Under the pieces are notes generated by a model. The model saw only the letters and a program-made list of their open reading frames with translations, did no database searches and had not been told where the DNA came from. Both the position numbers and the translations under genes were made by a program. A stretch of 64,000 nt of DNA from Bdellovibrionota bacterium (GTDB taxonomy: Bacteria > Bdellovibrionota_C > UBA2361 > OMII01), in assembly GCA_044345405.1 (NCBI GenBank), contig JBIJBE010000018.1, positions 685-64,684 of the forward strand, read 5' to 3'. Positions 10,289-19,313 of the stretch are shown here, in pieces. Position 1 is the stretch's first letter. Every line of letters begins with the position of its first letter.

Positions 10289-10427
10289 GTGGTTACCCTC
10301 GTAGAGGGGCTCTACCTAAGAAATTCTCGTAGAGGGTGTAAAAAACGCCCCGTTTGGAGCACTCCTGAGTGTTTTGGGTCCATAACTGACTTTGTCAGCG
10401 TACTGATCTGTTTCGTTTGGGGGTGAC

Positions 10428-10880
10428 ATGTCCATTGATAAATTTACATCTCGAGGTTTCGGTTCTAGTGGCGCCGGGCGTTCCTCTTCATGGAGCGCGC
10501 CGCGAGAGTCTTACAAAGCTCCTACAGATCAGGGGTCAAGCTTTCTCTTCGGTGGCGCTGGCCTTCGAGGAAGTCCTCAGTCCGGTGCTCAGAATAGAGC
10601 CATTCCCCAAGGCGGAGGCTCTCAACTGACCTCTCAGCTAAATCGTTTGGGTGAGAACTCTGACCCTTTAAAAGACTCCGACCGCTCCGAACGTTCCCGT
10701 GGGATCGATCTATCCGGAGGTGATGAGACAACGACCTCGATGCAACGACGATTCCTATTCCTGAGTCTCTTTGTCGGGGCGCTTCTCCTCTCATTTGTGA
10801 TTCGAGCCTGCGCCGGAGGCTCCTCTGATACATCGTGGATCGATGATAGGCGATCTCACATAAACCCCGATGATGAATAG
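10428..10880 (+). CDS. hypothetical Gly/Ser-rich disordered protein with C-terminal TM anchor
   Basis: 150-aa ORF with GGGGGTGA spaced before the ATG; low complexity; C-terminal helix FLFLSLFVGALLLSFVI. Confidence 0.3.
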   Translation: MSIDKFTSRGFGSSGAGRSSSWSAPRESYKAPTDQGSSFLFGGAGLRGSPQSGAQNRAIPQGGGSQLTSQLNRLGENSDPLKDSDRSERSRGIDLSGGDETTTSMQRRFLFLSLFVGALLLSFVIRACAGGSSDTSWIDDRRSHINPDDE

Positions 10881-10902
10881 AGGGGAGGGGAGAGCTCAGC
10901 TC

Positions 10903-11691
10903 TCAGCTCGTATGTTCGCCGATAAAATCTCTAATCGTTGATTGTAAGGTCGCGGCTCCCACTTCGATCGAGTTGATGTGATTCGCCTCGGGAATGAGGA
11001 CGAGTCGCGCTGGACTTGTCGCGACCCGCGCGAGCTCTGACGCCATCCTGACCGGCACGATCGGATCTCGCTCGCCGTGGATGATGAGCATCGGAACTTT
11101 AATGGTTGGTACCTTTCGATCATTTTCAAATCGTTTAGGGAGGAGCGGCCACACAGGGAAATAAGGATAGAGGTGTTTGGCCATCTCCCATGTGTTGGTG
11201 AAGGTGCTTTCTGTAATGAGGCACGCCACACGCTCTCGTTGGACGAGCTCAATGGCGACCGCTCCACCCATTGAGCATCCGTACGAGATTATCTGTTGAG
11301 GGTTGAAGCCGCGATCCTTCGTGAGGTGTTGATACGCCGCTTGGGCGCTCGCGTAGACGTCCTCCTCAGATGGGGTGCCAGGGCTTTCGCCATACCCGGG
11401 ATAGTCGAAGGTGAGGAATGAGTGTCCTAGCGAGGTGAAGAGCCGGTAGTGCTCCCGAAACTTCGTGATGTTGTGTCTGTTGCCGTGGGTGAAAAGGATG
11501 ACTGAGGTAGAGCCGTTGTCAACGAACGCGCCATCAATGCTCATCCCGATATCTTCGCCGAAGCGAATGCGCTCGTGGGGTATGTCGGCGAGCCCTCCAT
11601 GATCGTCAAAGGAGGGTTTGAAGGTTAGCGTTCGTTCGAGGAGACGTAGCACGTCGTCGCACCCATAAAAAAAGGAGCGTGTGGGTCTCAC
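10903..11691 (-). CDS. alpha/beta-fold hydrolase
   Basis: 262 aa with nucleophile elbow GCSMGG, downstream Asp and HGERD His motif. Confidence 0.7.
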   Translation of the reverse strand: MRPTRSFFYGCDDVLRLLERTLTFKPSFDDHGGLADIPHERIRFGEDIGMSIDGAFVDNGSTSVILFTHGNRHNITKFREHYRLFTSLGHSFLTFDYPGYGESPGTPSEEDVYASAQAAYQHLTKDRGFNPQQIISYGCSMGGAVAIELVQRERVACLITESTFTNTWEMAKHLYPYFPVWPLLPKRFENDRKVPTIKVPMLIIHGERDPIVPVRMASELARVATSPARLVLIPEANHINSIEVGAATLQSTIRDFIGEHTS

Positions 11692-11781
11692 ACGCTCCTT
11701 CTATTCTACCCGGGATACCCCCGGGCTGTCTGCACAGTCTGTAGCGAATTCTCTTCCGCTCCAGTTTGTGCTGTAAGGTGA

Positions 11782-12477
11782 TTACGCCTCAGGAGAAGCG
11801 TGCTCAACCTCAGCGCCAGCCTCAGCCGCGACCATCTCCTCGATGTTTTTCGGCCAGAGGCAGATAACGTCCTCTCCTGGAATCTGGTACACGCCAAGCT
11901 CATCTCCGTCACGGCGGAAGCCGTAACGAACAGCGCCGCCGTTGTCACGGAGGAGGTCGCGAGCTGTCTTGTCCTGACCGCTGAACCAGAGCTGCTGGTA
12001 ACGCTCAAGCAACGCGTTGTCATCAAGGAGCTCTCGATCCAACATCGCGAGGCATCGAGTATCGATATTGACCTCCCCGAGAAGCTCGGTAGCGTCCTTC
12101 ACTGCCTCAGCGGAGCCAAGGGAGTCTCCCTCTGGATGAACAACGATGGTGTAGGCGAAAGGATCTCGCTCAATACGGTAGGTTCCGCGGGCAACCGAGA
12201 TAACCTTTCCGCCGTATTCACGAATGACTTGGTTTTTAACTTCCGGTGCTTCGTCCAACACCGCCGCCATCTTATCGATGAACTGACCGTTGGCGAGCAT
12301 GAATTGGTCGATCAAAACGAGATCGCCGCTCTCAATAGAGATTCTCTCTCTCTGATTGCCGCTCTCCGCGCTCTGTCGAGGGTGTCGTCGTGCATGTCTA
12401 TCTCCACGACCACGTCCGCGGCCACGTCCGCGGCCGCCACGGTTTGAGTGCCTATTATTGCCTCTCTCTCTTCTCAT
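11782..12477 (-). CDS. hypothetical protein with N-terminal Arg/Gly repeat (RGGRGRGRGRGRGDR)
   Basis: 231-aa ORF with good coding periodicity. The antisense ORF at 11800..12447 was rejected. Confidence 0.45.
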   Translation of the reverse strand: MRRERGNNRHSNRGGRGRGRGRGRGDRHARRHPRQSAESGNQRERISIESGDLVLIDQFMLANGQFIDKMAAVLDEAPEVKNQVIREYGGKVISVARGTYRIERDPFAYTIVVHPEGDSLGSAEAVKDATELLGEVNIDTRCLAMLDRELLDDNALLERYQQLWFSGQDKTARDLLRDNGGAVRYGFRRDGDELGVYQIPGEDVICLWPKNIEEMVAAEAGAEVEHASPEA

Positions 12478-12603
12478 ACGAGGTGAATTCCTATGTTAGT
12501 TAACGTGTGAATAAATACTCAGAGCCATGTCGGGGCAGCTAACGGGCAGCAATGCTAAAGCTGAAGCAGCGTTGAGCAGCTGACTCATGCGTGACTTTTC
12601 AGA

Positions 12604-12641
12604 ACGTTCTCGGTAAGCGAGTGCGTTCTCGGTAAGCGAGT
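12604..12641 (+). repeat. 18/19-bp tandem direct repeat x2 (GTTCTCGGTAAGCGAGTG) in AT-rich divergent intergenic region
   Basis: Seen directly: gttctcggtaagcgagtg followed by cgttctcggtaagcgagtg. Confidence 0.8.
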
Positions 12642-13021
12642 GATAGTCGGAGACTGCAAAATCTCTTCGCGCACGTACGTACCAATTCTAAACGTCACCA
12701 CATGTGGCCGACTCGCATTCTCTAACGTGTCAACGAGACGGCTGAAAAAGCCCCTAAATGGCTGTAACTATTGGCAGCATAGCAGATAGAAATCGAGGTG
12801 TCACACATATTCTAAGTGCCCTAGGATATTGAAAATCTGTGCTTTTTCGAGCTGGGCAAGATTGGGGGAACGGGGAAGAGACCTGAACCGTTAAGATCGG
12901 CAAAGGTCCCGTCGATAGTAAAACTCAAGTTGATAGTGCCCACGAGTGGCACTGGAGGAACTCTTCAGCGGCATCAGGTGGTGTGCAGAGTGTGGGCCTG
13001 ATGTTCTTGAGAGTCCCTTGT

Positions 13022-13052
13022 AGGCCCCCCCTAAAAAGGGGGCCTCTTTTTT
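13022..13052 (+). terminator. terminator-like hairpin (aggccccc / gggggcct stem + T-tract) 18 nt before the 13068 start
   Basis: 8-bp GC stem, 8-nt loop, cttttttt tail. Could terminate an upstream + strand sRNA or act as a 5' attenuator. Confidence 0.5.
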
Positions 13053-13067
13053 CGTACATCGACGTGA

Positions 13068-13610
13068 GTGGATATGCACCAATCTGAGTATGAAGCATCT
13101 GTAGGTATGCAGGCCCCGGCGATCGGGCTTGGACTTTGGTATGACGCTGAGAAGCTCATTCTTGAGGGGATCTACCTTGATGAGGTGTCGGCATATCGAG
13201 CTCGGCGGAGTTGGATCAAGACCTTCGAATTGAATTTCCTCCTTGAGGAGATTCACGACTTCAAGGTTAAGGTAGTCTTTGACCGCGACGAGGGGCGCTA
13301 CCACGTACAGTGTACCTTCACGAGCGCGTGCGGCCGGTACGCGTTTTGGCGTTTGACCCATCACCAAGCCCCCGAGGTGCAATTTACCCTTGAGACGGCG
13401 CATCTTCCTCACGTTACTTCGTTACGTTTTGTAGAGCCGACCGTGGAGCCGGAGGGAGAGATGTTTGTACCTCAGGCGGAGATGGTCGATGTGAACGAGA
13501 TGGAAGAGGAGAAGAGCGGGCTCATGATTGAGGCCGCTCGCTTCCTTCGTCGCAAAGCGCGCAAGTACTTTCGCAAAGCTCGAAGTTTCGTTTCCCGCTT
13601 CGATAGCTAG
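13068..13610 (+). CDS. hypothetical protein
   Basis: 180-aa ORF (GTG at 13068 or ATG at 13074) with no recognisable motif. Same orientation as, and immediately upstream of, the Cas4-like gene. Confidence 0.4.
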   Translation: MDMHQSEYEASVGMQAPAIGLGLWYDAEKLILEGIYLDEVSAYRARRSWIKTFELNFLLEEIHDFKVKVVFDRDEGRYHVQCTFTSACGRYAFWRLTHHQAPEVQFTLETAHLPHVTSLRFVEPTVEPEGEMFVPQAEMVDVNEMEEEKSGLMIEAARFLRRKARKYFRKARSFVSRFDS

Positions 13611-13661
13611 AGGCGGCTCCATACTAGGCGCGGTTAACGGGGAAAGCTCTTACGTGGAGCG

Positions 13662-14552
13662 GTGGCTCATTGTATCGTCAGGCCAGCTGGGAGGATGAGG
13701 CGAGTGGCGACGAAGGGACCGGATGGTCAGCACATTATAGCGGCGGGTGAAGTTGGGGCCTTCTCGGTCTGCCCAATGTCATGGAAGCTCAAATGGATCG
13801 ACAAGGAGCGGGGTCGGCAGGAGACCTCGGTCGCGTTGGGTCAGAAGCTTCATAACGACTGGTCGAGTATTTTTGAGGAATCGCTCGTTCTAGGTCGTTG
13901 GATACGGTACCTCGCGGTGCTCATCACAACGGCGGCGGTCGTCTTTCTCCTGCTCCATCCAGTAGGCGCTCCTCTGACCGGATTGCTCGATATCTCCATT
14001 CGAAATAACGGTCTCCAATTGGTCGTGCTCGCGGGCTTTACCTTTCTTGTCATTCGCTCGTTTCTCAAAGCGGCACGTAAGCGGCACCGAGACACCGGGT
14101 TCATGGTTAACCAGGTCGCTGTCGCCATGGAGGGAAGTTCGATTGTTCCCGCGCGTGAGTATATCTCGCGGTCGCAAGGTTTAGCGGGCAAGCCGGACGC
14201 CCTCGTGCGAGAGGGAGGCGAATTTATTCCCGTTGAGCGTAAACCTCTCGCGAAGAAGCTTCGAGACCGCTATGTCGCGCAGCTGCTGGTTTATATGCGG
14301 TTGGTTGAGGAGTTCGAGGGGAAGCGTCCCTCAAAGGGCTATCTACTCCTTGGGCCGGAGTGTCGACGGATAACGATAGAGAACTCCGAGGCGAAGCAGC
14401 GATGGCTTGGCACGTTGCTTGAGCAGATGCGGCGCGTGCTCGACGGAGGCGAAGCCCGTGCGACGCCACATCCAGCGAAGTGCTCGAAGTGTGATGTTCG
14501 TGTTCGATGTCCCGCCGCGGCGGACGCGCAACGCGACGCTACGAACCGATAA
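13662..14552 (+). CDS. Cas4-like PD-(D/E)XK nuclease (DUF83 family), stand-alone, with hydrophobic insert
   Basis: N-terminal Cys (FSVCPMSWKL), motif II GKPDALVREGGEFIPVERK (D...E.K), motif III QLLVY (QxxxY), and C-terminal C-X2-C-X5-C (CSKCDVRVRC) typical of the Cas4 Fe-S site. Residues ~80-135 are strongly hydrophobic. Confidence 0.55.
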   Translation: MAHCIVRPAGRMRRVATKGPDGQHIIAAGEVGAFSVCPMSWKLKWIDKERGRQETSVALGQKLHNDWSSIFEESLVLGRWIRYLAVLITTAAVVFLLLHPVGAPLTGLLDISIRNNGLQLVVLAGFTFLVIRSFLKAARKRHRDTGFMVNQVAVAMEGSSIVPAREYISRSQGLAGKPDALVREGGEFIPVERKPLAKKLRDRYVAQLLVYMRLVEEFEGKRPSKGYLLLGPECRRITIENSEAKQRWLGTLLEQMRRVLDGGEARATPHPAKCSKCDVRVRCPAAADAQRDATNR

Positions 14553-15492
14553 TCTCCCCTTCAGGGAATGCGGCTCCTCGAAGAAACTCCTCTACCGCCA
14601 TGCGTTTTTTACCTTCAAGTTGTAGGTCGGCGACGCAGAGAGCGGTTCCGTTCGCGCACGCTATCTCCAGGCGGTCACCCTGCGCGTATACGATCGTTCC
14701 CGGCGCGATTGAAGCGGGATAGGTCCGGCGTGATTCGGTCGCGAAGAGGATCTTTAAACGCTTCTCCCGCCACATCGTGAAACATCCGGGCCACGGGGAG
14801 AAGGCGCGCACGGAGAGCGCGATCTCACGAGCGGACAGCGTCCACTCAATTCGACATTCCTCCGTCGTAATCTTTGAGGCGTAGGTGATCCCTTCGGTCG
14901 GTTGTGGGGTCGCCCGCAGAGCGCCGCTGACGATTCCGTGGAGGCCCTCCACAATATGAGAGGCACCAAGTGAGGCGAGCTTGTCGTGAAGGGTAGCTCC
15001 CGTGTCGGTTGGCGTGATGGGGATCCTGTGTTCCTGATACACGGCACCGGTGTCGAGCCCCACGTCCATCCGCATGAGGCAGACCCCTGTCTCCGAATCT
15101 CCAGCTTGAATAGAACGTTGGATCGGGGCCGCGCCCCTCCATCGAGGTAAGAGGGAGGCGTGAATATTGACACAGCCGTGCTTCGGAAAGTTGAGCACCT
15201 CGACGGGAAGGATCTGACCGAACGCGATCACCACGCCAATATCGAACGGGCCGTGAGCTTCAAGGTCACCGCGAAGAGAGGCGAACTCCTTGCGCAGTGA
15301 GATCGGCTGAAACACCGGAATGGCGTGTTGAAGAGAGAGCTCCTTGATGGGAGACATTGAGATCTTGCCGCCGCGACCGGAGGGACGATCGGGTTGTGTT
15401 AGGATCGCGCCAACCGATACGCCAGGCGCTTCGATGAGAGCGCGCAGCGTGGGAACGGAGAAATCCGGGGTGCCAAAAAAAAGAACGTTCAT
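14539..15492 (-). CDS. fmt: methionyl-tRNA formyltransferase
   Basis: MNVLFFGTPDFSVPTL...QPDRPSGRG N-terminus plus the formyltransferase core. Start trimmed to the Met at 15492. Confidence 0.85.
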   Translation of the reverse strand: MNVLFFGTPDFSVPTLRALIEAPGVSVGAILTQPDRPSGRGGKISMSPIKELSLQHAIPVFQPISLRKEFASLRGDLEAHGPFDIGVVIAFGQILPVEVLNFPKHGCVNIHASLLPRWRGAAPIQRSIQAGDSETGVCLMRMDVGLDTGAVYQEHRIPITPTDTGATLHDKLASLGASHIVEGLHGIVSGALRATPQPTEGITYASKITTEECRIEWTLSAREIALSVRAFSPWPGCFTMWREKRLKILFATESRRTYPASIAPGTIVYAQGDRLEIACANGTALCVADLQLEGKKRMAVEEFLRGAAFPEGEIIGS

Positions 15493-15496
15493 CTCA

Positions 15497-16066
15497 CTAC
15501 GCGCGCTCTTCGAACTCGTAGCCATTTTTGGCGCACCACCGTCGGAAGAGCTGCTTTTTGAGGCGACTGAGATGGTCTACGAAAAGTATTCCATCGAGGT
15601 GGTCCATCTCGTGTTGAACGCAGAACGCGACTAAGTCTTCTGCCTCTAGCTGAAAAAGGTTTCCGTATCGGTCGTGCGAGGTGATCGTTACGGTGCCAAA
15701 CCGCTTAATCGAATCTCGATAGTCGGGAATACTGAGGCAACCCTCGTCTGAGGGAACTGAGGGGCCGGAGGACACAATCTTCGCGTTGATCATCTCAAGC
15801 CGCTGTTGGTGAATGTGTGTCGCGGGATCTTTATCGCTCAGAGAGGTAACTCGTGGAGCGGGAAGTCCCTCAATTGAGAGGTCCATAATGGCTATGCGCT
15901 GGGAGCTCCCTACTTGAGGCGCGGCGAGCCCAATACCGTTAGAGGCCACCATCGTTTCATACATATCATCGAGAAACGAGTGCAGCTTCACGTCGAACGT
16001 CTCAACGGTGGAGGTCGTTGCCCGGAGGATCGGATCAGGTATAATTTTCAGGTCTAAAAGCGCCAT
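15497..16066 (-). CDS. def: peptide deformylase
   Basis: Motifs GIGLAAPQVG, EGCLSIP, HEMDHLDG. Start trimmed to MALLDLKIIPDP (ATG at 16066). def-fmt operon. Confidence 0.85.
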   Translation of the reverse strand: MALLDLKIIPDPILRATTSTVETFDVKLHSFLDDMYETMVASNGIGLAAPQVGSSQRIAIMDLSIEGLPAPRVTSLSDKDPATHIHQQRLEMINAKIVSSGPSVPSDEGCLSIPDYRDSIKRFGTVTITSHDRYGNLFQLEAEDLVAFCVQHEMDHLDGILFVDHLSRLKKQLFRRWCAKNGYEFEERA

Positions 16067-16219
16067 GGCTCTAGTAGACCAAACTTCGAGGGCTCTGTCA
16101 CTCTGAACGGGTAGAACCAGTGGTTCTTCTCGGTTGTCGCGATAGGATATGGGCGCATGTTTCACCAACTTAGCCTCTTTCAGTTTGTCCAGGGATGAGG
16201 CTTCTGCGATACTTAAGGT

Positions 16220-16654
16220 ATGGCTGAGATGTCCCTGAACGAGGCCCAACTCTTTCGTCTACTGGTTGGGTTTTTTGGTAAAGACCGCGTCCTCTTCAGT
16301 ATGAGTGTGCGCGCGGTGTGTGGTGGCGATCTCACTACCTTATCTCATCCGCTTGATGATGAGACGAGGGCGTGGGCGGAGAAGAACAGGTGTCTTTTTA
16401 CCGTAGTGGACGCGGAAGATGATCCGAAGATGGTTGTCGAGTTCGAGCCCGACTTTTCAAACTTCATCGAGGTTGATCAGCTTGAGCGAAAGAGCCGACT
16501 TCCCGCCTTGTTAAAAGCGAGCGGGGTGCAGTACCTCACTATTACGGGAGAGGAGATGGGTGAGATCTTGAATCCGAACGGCACGATCGATCTCGTGGAT
16601 GTCCTCAAGGATCGTTTTGGAATCGAAGACACCTCGGATTCTCTGGATGAGTAG
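16220..16654 (+). CDS. hypothetical protein
   Basis: 144-aa ORF; acidic C-terminus. Confidence 0.35.
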   Translation: MAEMSLNEAQLFRLLVGFFGKDRVLFSMSVRAVCGGDLTTLSHPLDDETRAWAEKNRCLFTVVDAEDDPKMVVEFEPDFSNFIEVDQLERKSRLPALLKASGVQYLTITGEEMGEILNPNGTIDLVDVLKDRFGIEDTSDSLDE

Positions 16655-16827
16655 GTCATGTCCGTCTTAGGCGCCTAACGACCCGTCTTCTCTCACTATT
16701 TGGCGCCTCATCCTCAACCCCGCCTGGGATGGTGTCCTGGAGGGCGGTTACTTCCTCATCATTTTCTGCTACACATAAGGCCTCCCATTCGCGGGGCTTT
16801 TATTTACTTGTGGCTTGTTGATCACGC

Positions 16828-17970
16828 ATGAAGAGGTTTTCCTCTACGACAGTCCTCCTCCTCGGTTCGGTCCTTATTTCTGTTGTAGGGGCTGTTGTCA
16901 CCGCGATGTTTGGTGGTCAGGAAGCGATCCGCAGCACCGTGCAGCTGGGCGTATTCCCAATCCTTTTGCTTTTGTTGAGTGGGCTCACCGTGAAGGGAGT
17001 CCGTCTTCCTCGTGTGCTCGTTGGCTTCGCCGCAATCGGAGTACTGTGTGGAGCGATAGTTCGCTACTCTGATGTTGGCCTTCAGGATGGAGCGTTCGGG
17101 GTAGCGCGTTTTGAATCGGATTCCCTCGAGAATAAGACCAGGATCTTCCGTGATAACGTGAGACGGTTCGCTGGACCAGGAGCGACGATCCGTGTCGGTG
17201 TGATAGCGCCTCGCGTCGCCAGTGAGGCCGATGCTCGAAAGGTTCTCTCCGAACGGGCGCAGCTCGGTGGTGTTGTTTGGGGATCCGAGCGGTGGGTCAC
17301 GATATCTCCCCGACTCTCTCCTCCCGTATCGTTGCGCCAGATGCCGGAGACGAGCTACGCCCGCCGACAATTGAGTGAGCTTGGGGTTGCGGATTTATTC
17401 CTTATTACGCAAGCCCCTTCGATCAGCCTCTCGAAGGGGCTCGATGCCGCCTCCTTTGAATTTATCGGCGGAATGATGCGGGCCGCCTCGATGGTTCCCC
17501 ATCTGACCTCTGGTGAGACCGTGTCGCCGGAGCTCGAACACCTCTTACAGCGCGTGTCCTCAATCCGAGCGATGTGGTCCTCAAGCGTCCATTTGGCCGC
17601 GCCTAAACTGACGCTCGGTACCTACTATGTGCTTCAAGCTTTGTATCCGCCAACGCTTGAGTGGGGAGACCTTGAATGCGGTGAGGCATCCTTACGGTCC
17701 GCTCGGGTTATTCTCAATAAAGGTGGAAATTCGGAGCTGAAGGCGGCGGTGTATAATAATGAAGCGGTGCTTCGTGTTCTTACCGCCTCAGTGAGCGCTC
17801 GTCCGGACCTCTTGATGAAGGAGGCGCGGCTCCGTTTGAAGCAGGCCTACCTCACCATGAAAGATTCTCAACTCGCGACCCTTGAGCCCGCGTACTGGGA
17901 GCCTATCGAGGCGAATATGAAAGCGCTTGGTATGGAGATACCGAAACTCAAAACTTCGCGGAGAAAATAA
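16828..17970 (+). CDS. hypothetical membrane-anchored periplasmic protein
   Basis: 380 aa. N-terminal TM helices; ATGTCA overlap with the purC start suggests co-transcription. Confidence 0.4.
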   Translation: MKRFSSTTVLLLGSVLISVVGAVVTAMFGGQEAIRSTVQLGVFPILLLLLSGLTVKGVRLPRVLVGFAAIGVLCGAIVRYSDVGLQDGAFGVARFESDSLENKTRIFRDNVRRFAGPGATIRVGVIAPRVASEADARKVLSERAQLGGVVWGSERWVTISPRLSPPVSLRQMPETSYARRQLSELGVADLFLITQAPSISLSKGLDAASFEFIGGMMRAASMVPHLTSGETVSPELEHLLQRVSSIRAMWSSSVHLAAPKLTLGTYYVLQALYPPTLEWGDLECGEASLRSARVILNKGGNSELKAAVYNNEAVLRVLTASVSARPDLLMKEARLRLKQAYLTMKDSQLATLEPAYWEPIEANMKALGMEIPKLKTSRRK

Positions 17971-18914
17971 TGTCATCGACGATTCCTACCCCGCTTCAAG
18001 AGACTAACTTCACATGGCTAGGCGAGCGATACGTCGGCAAGGTCCGTGACAGTTACGTCCGTGACCGTACCCGTGTGCTTATCGCTACGGATCGTCTCAG
18101 CGCCTTTGACCGAGTCATCACGACGGTACCGGGAAAGGGGCAGGTCCTGACGCAGCTCGCGAAGTTCTGGTTCGATCGGTGCGCTTCCGTTGTTGAGAAT
18201 CATGTTATTGATGTGCCCGATCCTTGTGTCATGATCGGCCGTGAGGTCTCCATTATTCCGGTAGAAGTGGTTGTCCGAGGATATGTGGCCGGGAGCGCGT
18301 GGCGAGATTATATCGCGGGGAACTTGGTGAGTGGGGTAAAGCTACCGCCGGGGCTTCGTGAGTTTGACCGACTCCCTCAACCGATTCTAACGCCATCCAC
18401 AAAGGAAGCGTTCGGTAAGCACGACATGCCGATCTCGGAAGCGGAGATCGTCTCGCGAGGCATCGTTACCGGGCCGTTGTGGGAGCGAATTCGAGAGACG
18501 GCGTTGCGTCTCTTTGAGGTTGGAACGAAAGAGCTCGACGGGCGTGGGCTGCTCTTCGCTGACACGAAGTATGAGTTCGGATTACTCGATGGTCGGTTAG
18601 TGTTGGCGGACGAGATTCATACGCTCGACTCCTCGCGGTTCTGGGTCGCCGCCTCGTATGAGGAGAGACTTCAACGGGGAGAGTCGCCTGAGATGCTCGA
18701 TAAGGAGCCTATTCGTCGATGGCTCATGGAGCGGAACTTTAAAGGTGATGGCCCGCTTCCAGTCATTCCCGATGAGTATCGGATGGAGCTCGTGCGTCAC
18801 TACACCAAGAGCTTTAAGATGATTACCGGAATCGAATGCGCGATCGATACCTCCGATCCGCTCGATCGAATCGAGCGGAATCTTCGAGCATACTTCAAGA
18901 ACCATCCGAACTAG
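17970..18914 (+). CDS. purC: phosphoribosylaminoimidazole-succinocarboxamide (SAICAR) synthase
   Basis: GKVRDSY...LIATDRLSAFD and FADTKYEFG motifs; long-form PurC. Confidence 0.85.
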   Translation: MSSTIPTPLQETNFTWLGERYVGKVRDSYVRDRTRVLIATDRLSAFDRVITTVPGKGQVLTQLAKFWFDRCASVVENHVIDVPDPCVMIGREVSIIPVEVVVRGYVAGSAWRDYIAGNLVSGVKLPPGLREFDRLPQPILTPSTKEAFGKHDMPISEAEIVSRGIVTGPLWERIRETALRLFEVGTKELDGRGLLFADTKYEFGLLDGRLVLADEIHTLDSSRFWVAASYEERLQRGESPEMLDKEPIRRWLMERNFKGDGPLPVIPDEYRMELVRHYTKSFKMITGIECAIDTSDPLDRIERNLRAYFKNHPN

Positions 18915-18957
18915 GACGGACCTCACGGCAATGACGTTACGCGCGAAGTCTCTCTTA

Positions 18958-18986
18958 GCTTTGCGTCCTTTGTGTCCTTTGTGGTC
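18958..18986. repeat. 3x tandem 9-bp unit CCTTTGYGK (copy A); near-identical copy at 52491-52518
   Basis: gctttgcgtcctttgtgtcctttgtgg here versus cctttgtgtcctttgcgtcctttgtgg at 52491-52518. Confidence 0.8.
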
Positions 18987-19313
18987 GAAATCCCTGTTCT
19001 CAAGGCTCATCACAAGCACGACCAGTCAGCGGTCGGCGCAACGGTTGGGAACAGGCTCGAGAAGTAATGTCTCAGGCATTGGCTTTCCTATAAAAGTGTT
19101 TTGCCCGTAAGAGGGAAAGGAGCGCCTCTCCTTTGCGTCGATGTCATGAATTATTGTAGTTAATTCAGATGGATGTGATCTGCCGCGAGAGCAGGATGTG
19201 AGAAGATAGTTATTTTTCGCCCCAACGCGCCTTTTTACTGAGTAATCCGATGAAACTGTGCCGATTTGGGTACATAGGATACGACAGCCTCTTCCCTGTC
19301 TAGGAAGCGATTC

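Noticed and set aside
11800-12447. 215-aa + strand ORF antisense to the RG-repeat protein gene.
   Set aside because: It covers the same coordinates as the minus-strand ORF. The minus ORF has the RBS-spaced start and a plausible composition, and this one is Ser/Ala/Val-rich antisense noise. Without homology evidence the assignment remains moderately confident.
16067-16249. N-terminal 61-aa extension of the def ORF in the six-frame track, and the 11-aa extension of fmt.
   Set aside because: Deformylase family proteins start at the MALL...IPDP motif. The extensions have no RBS and would overlap the divergent upstream ORF. Starts were trimmed.
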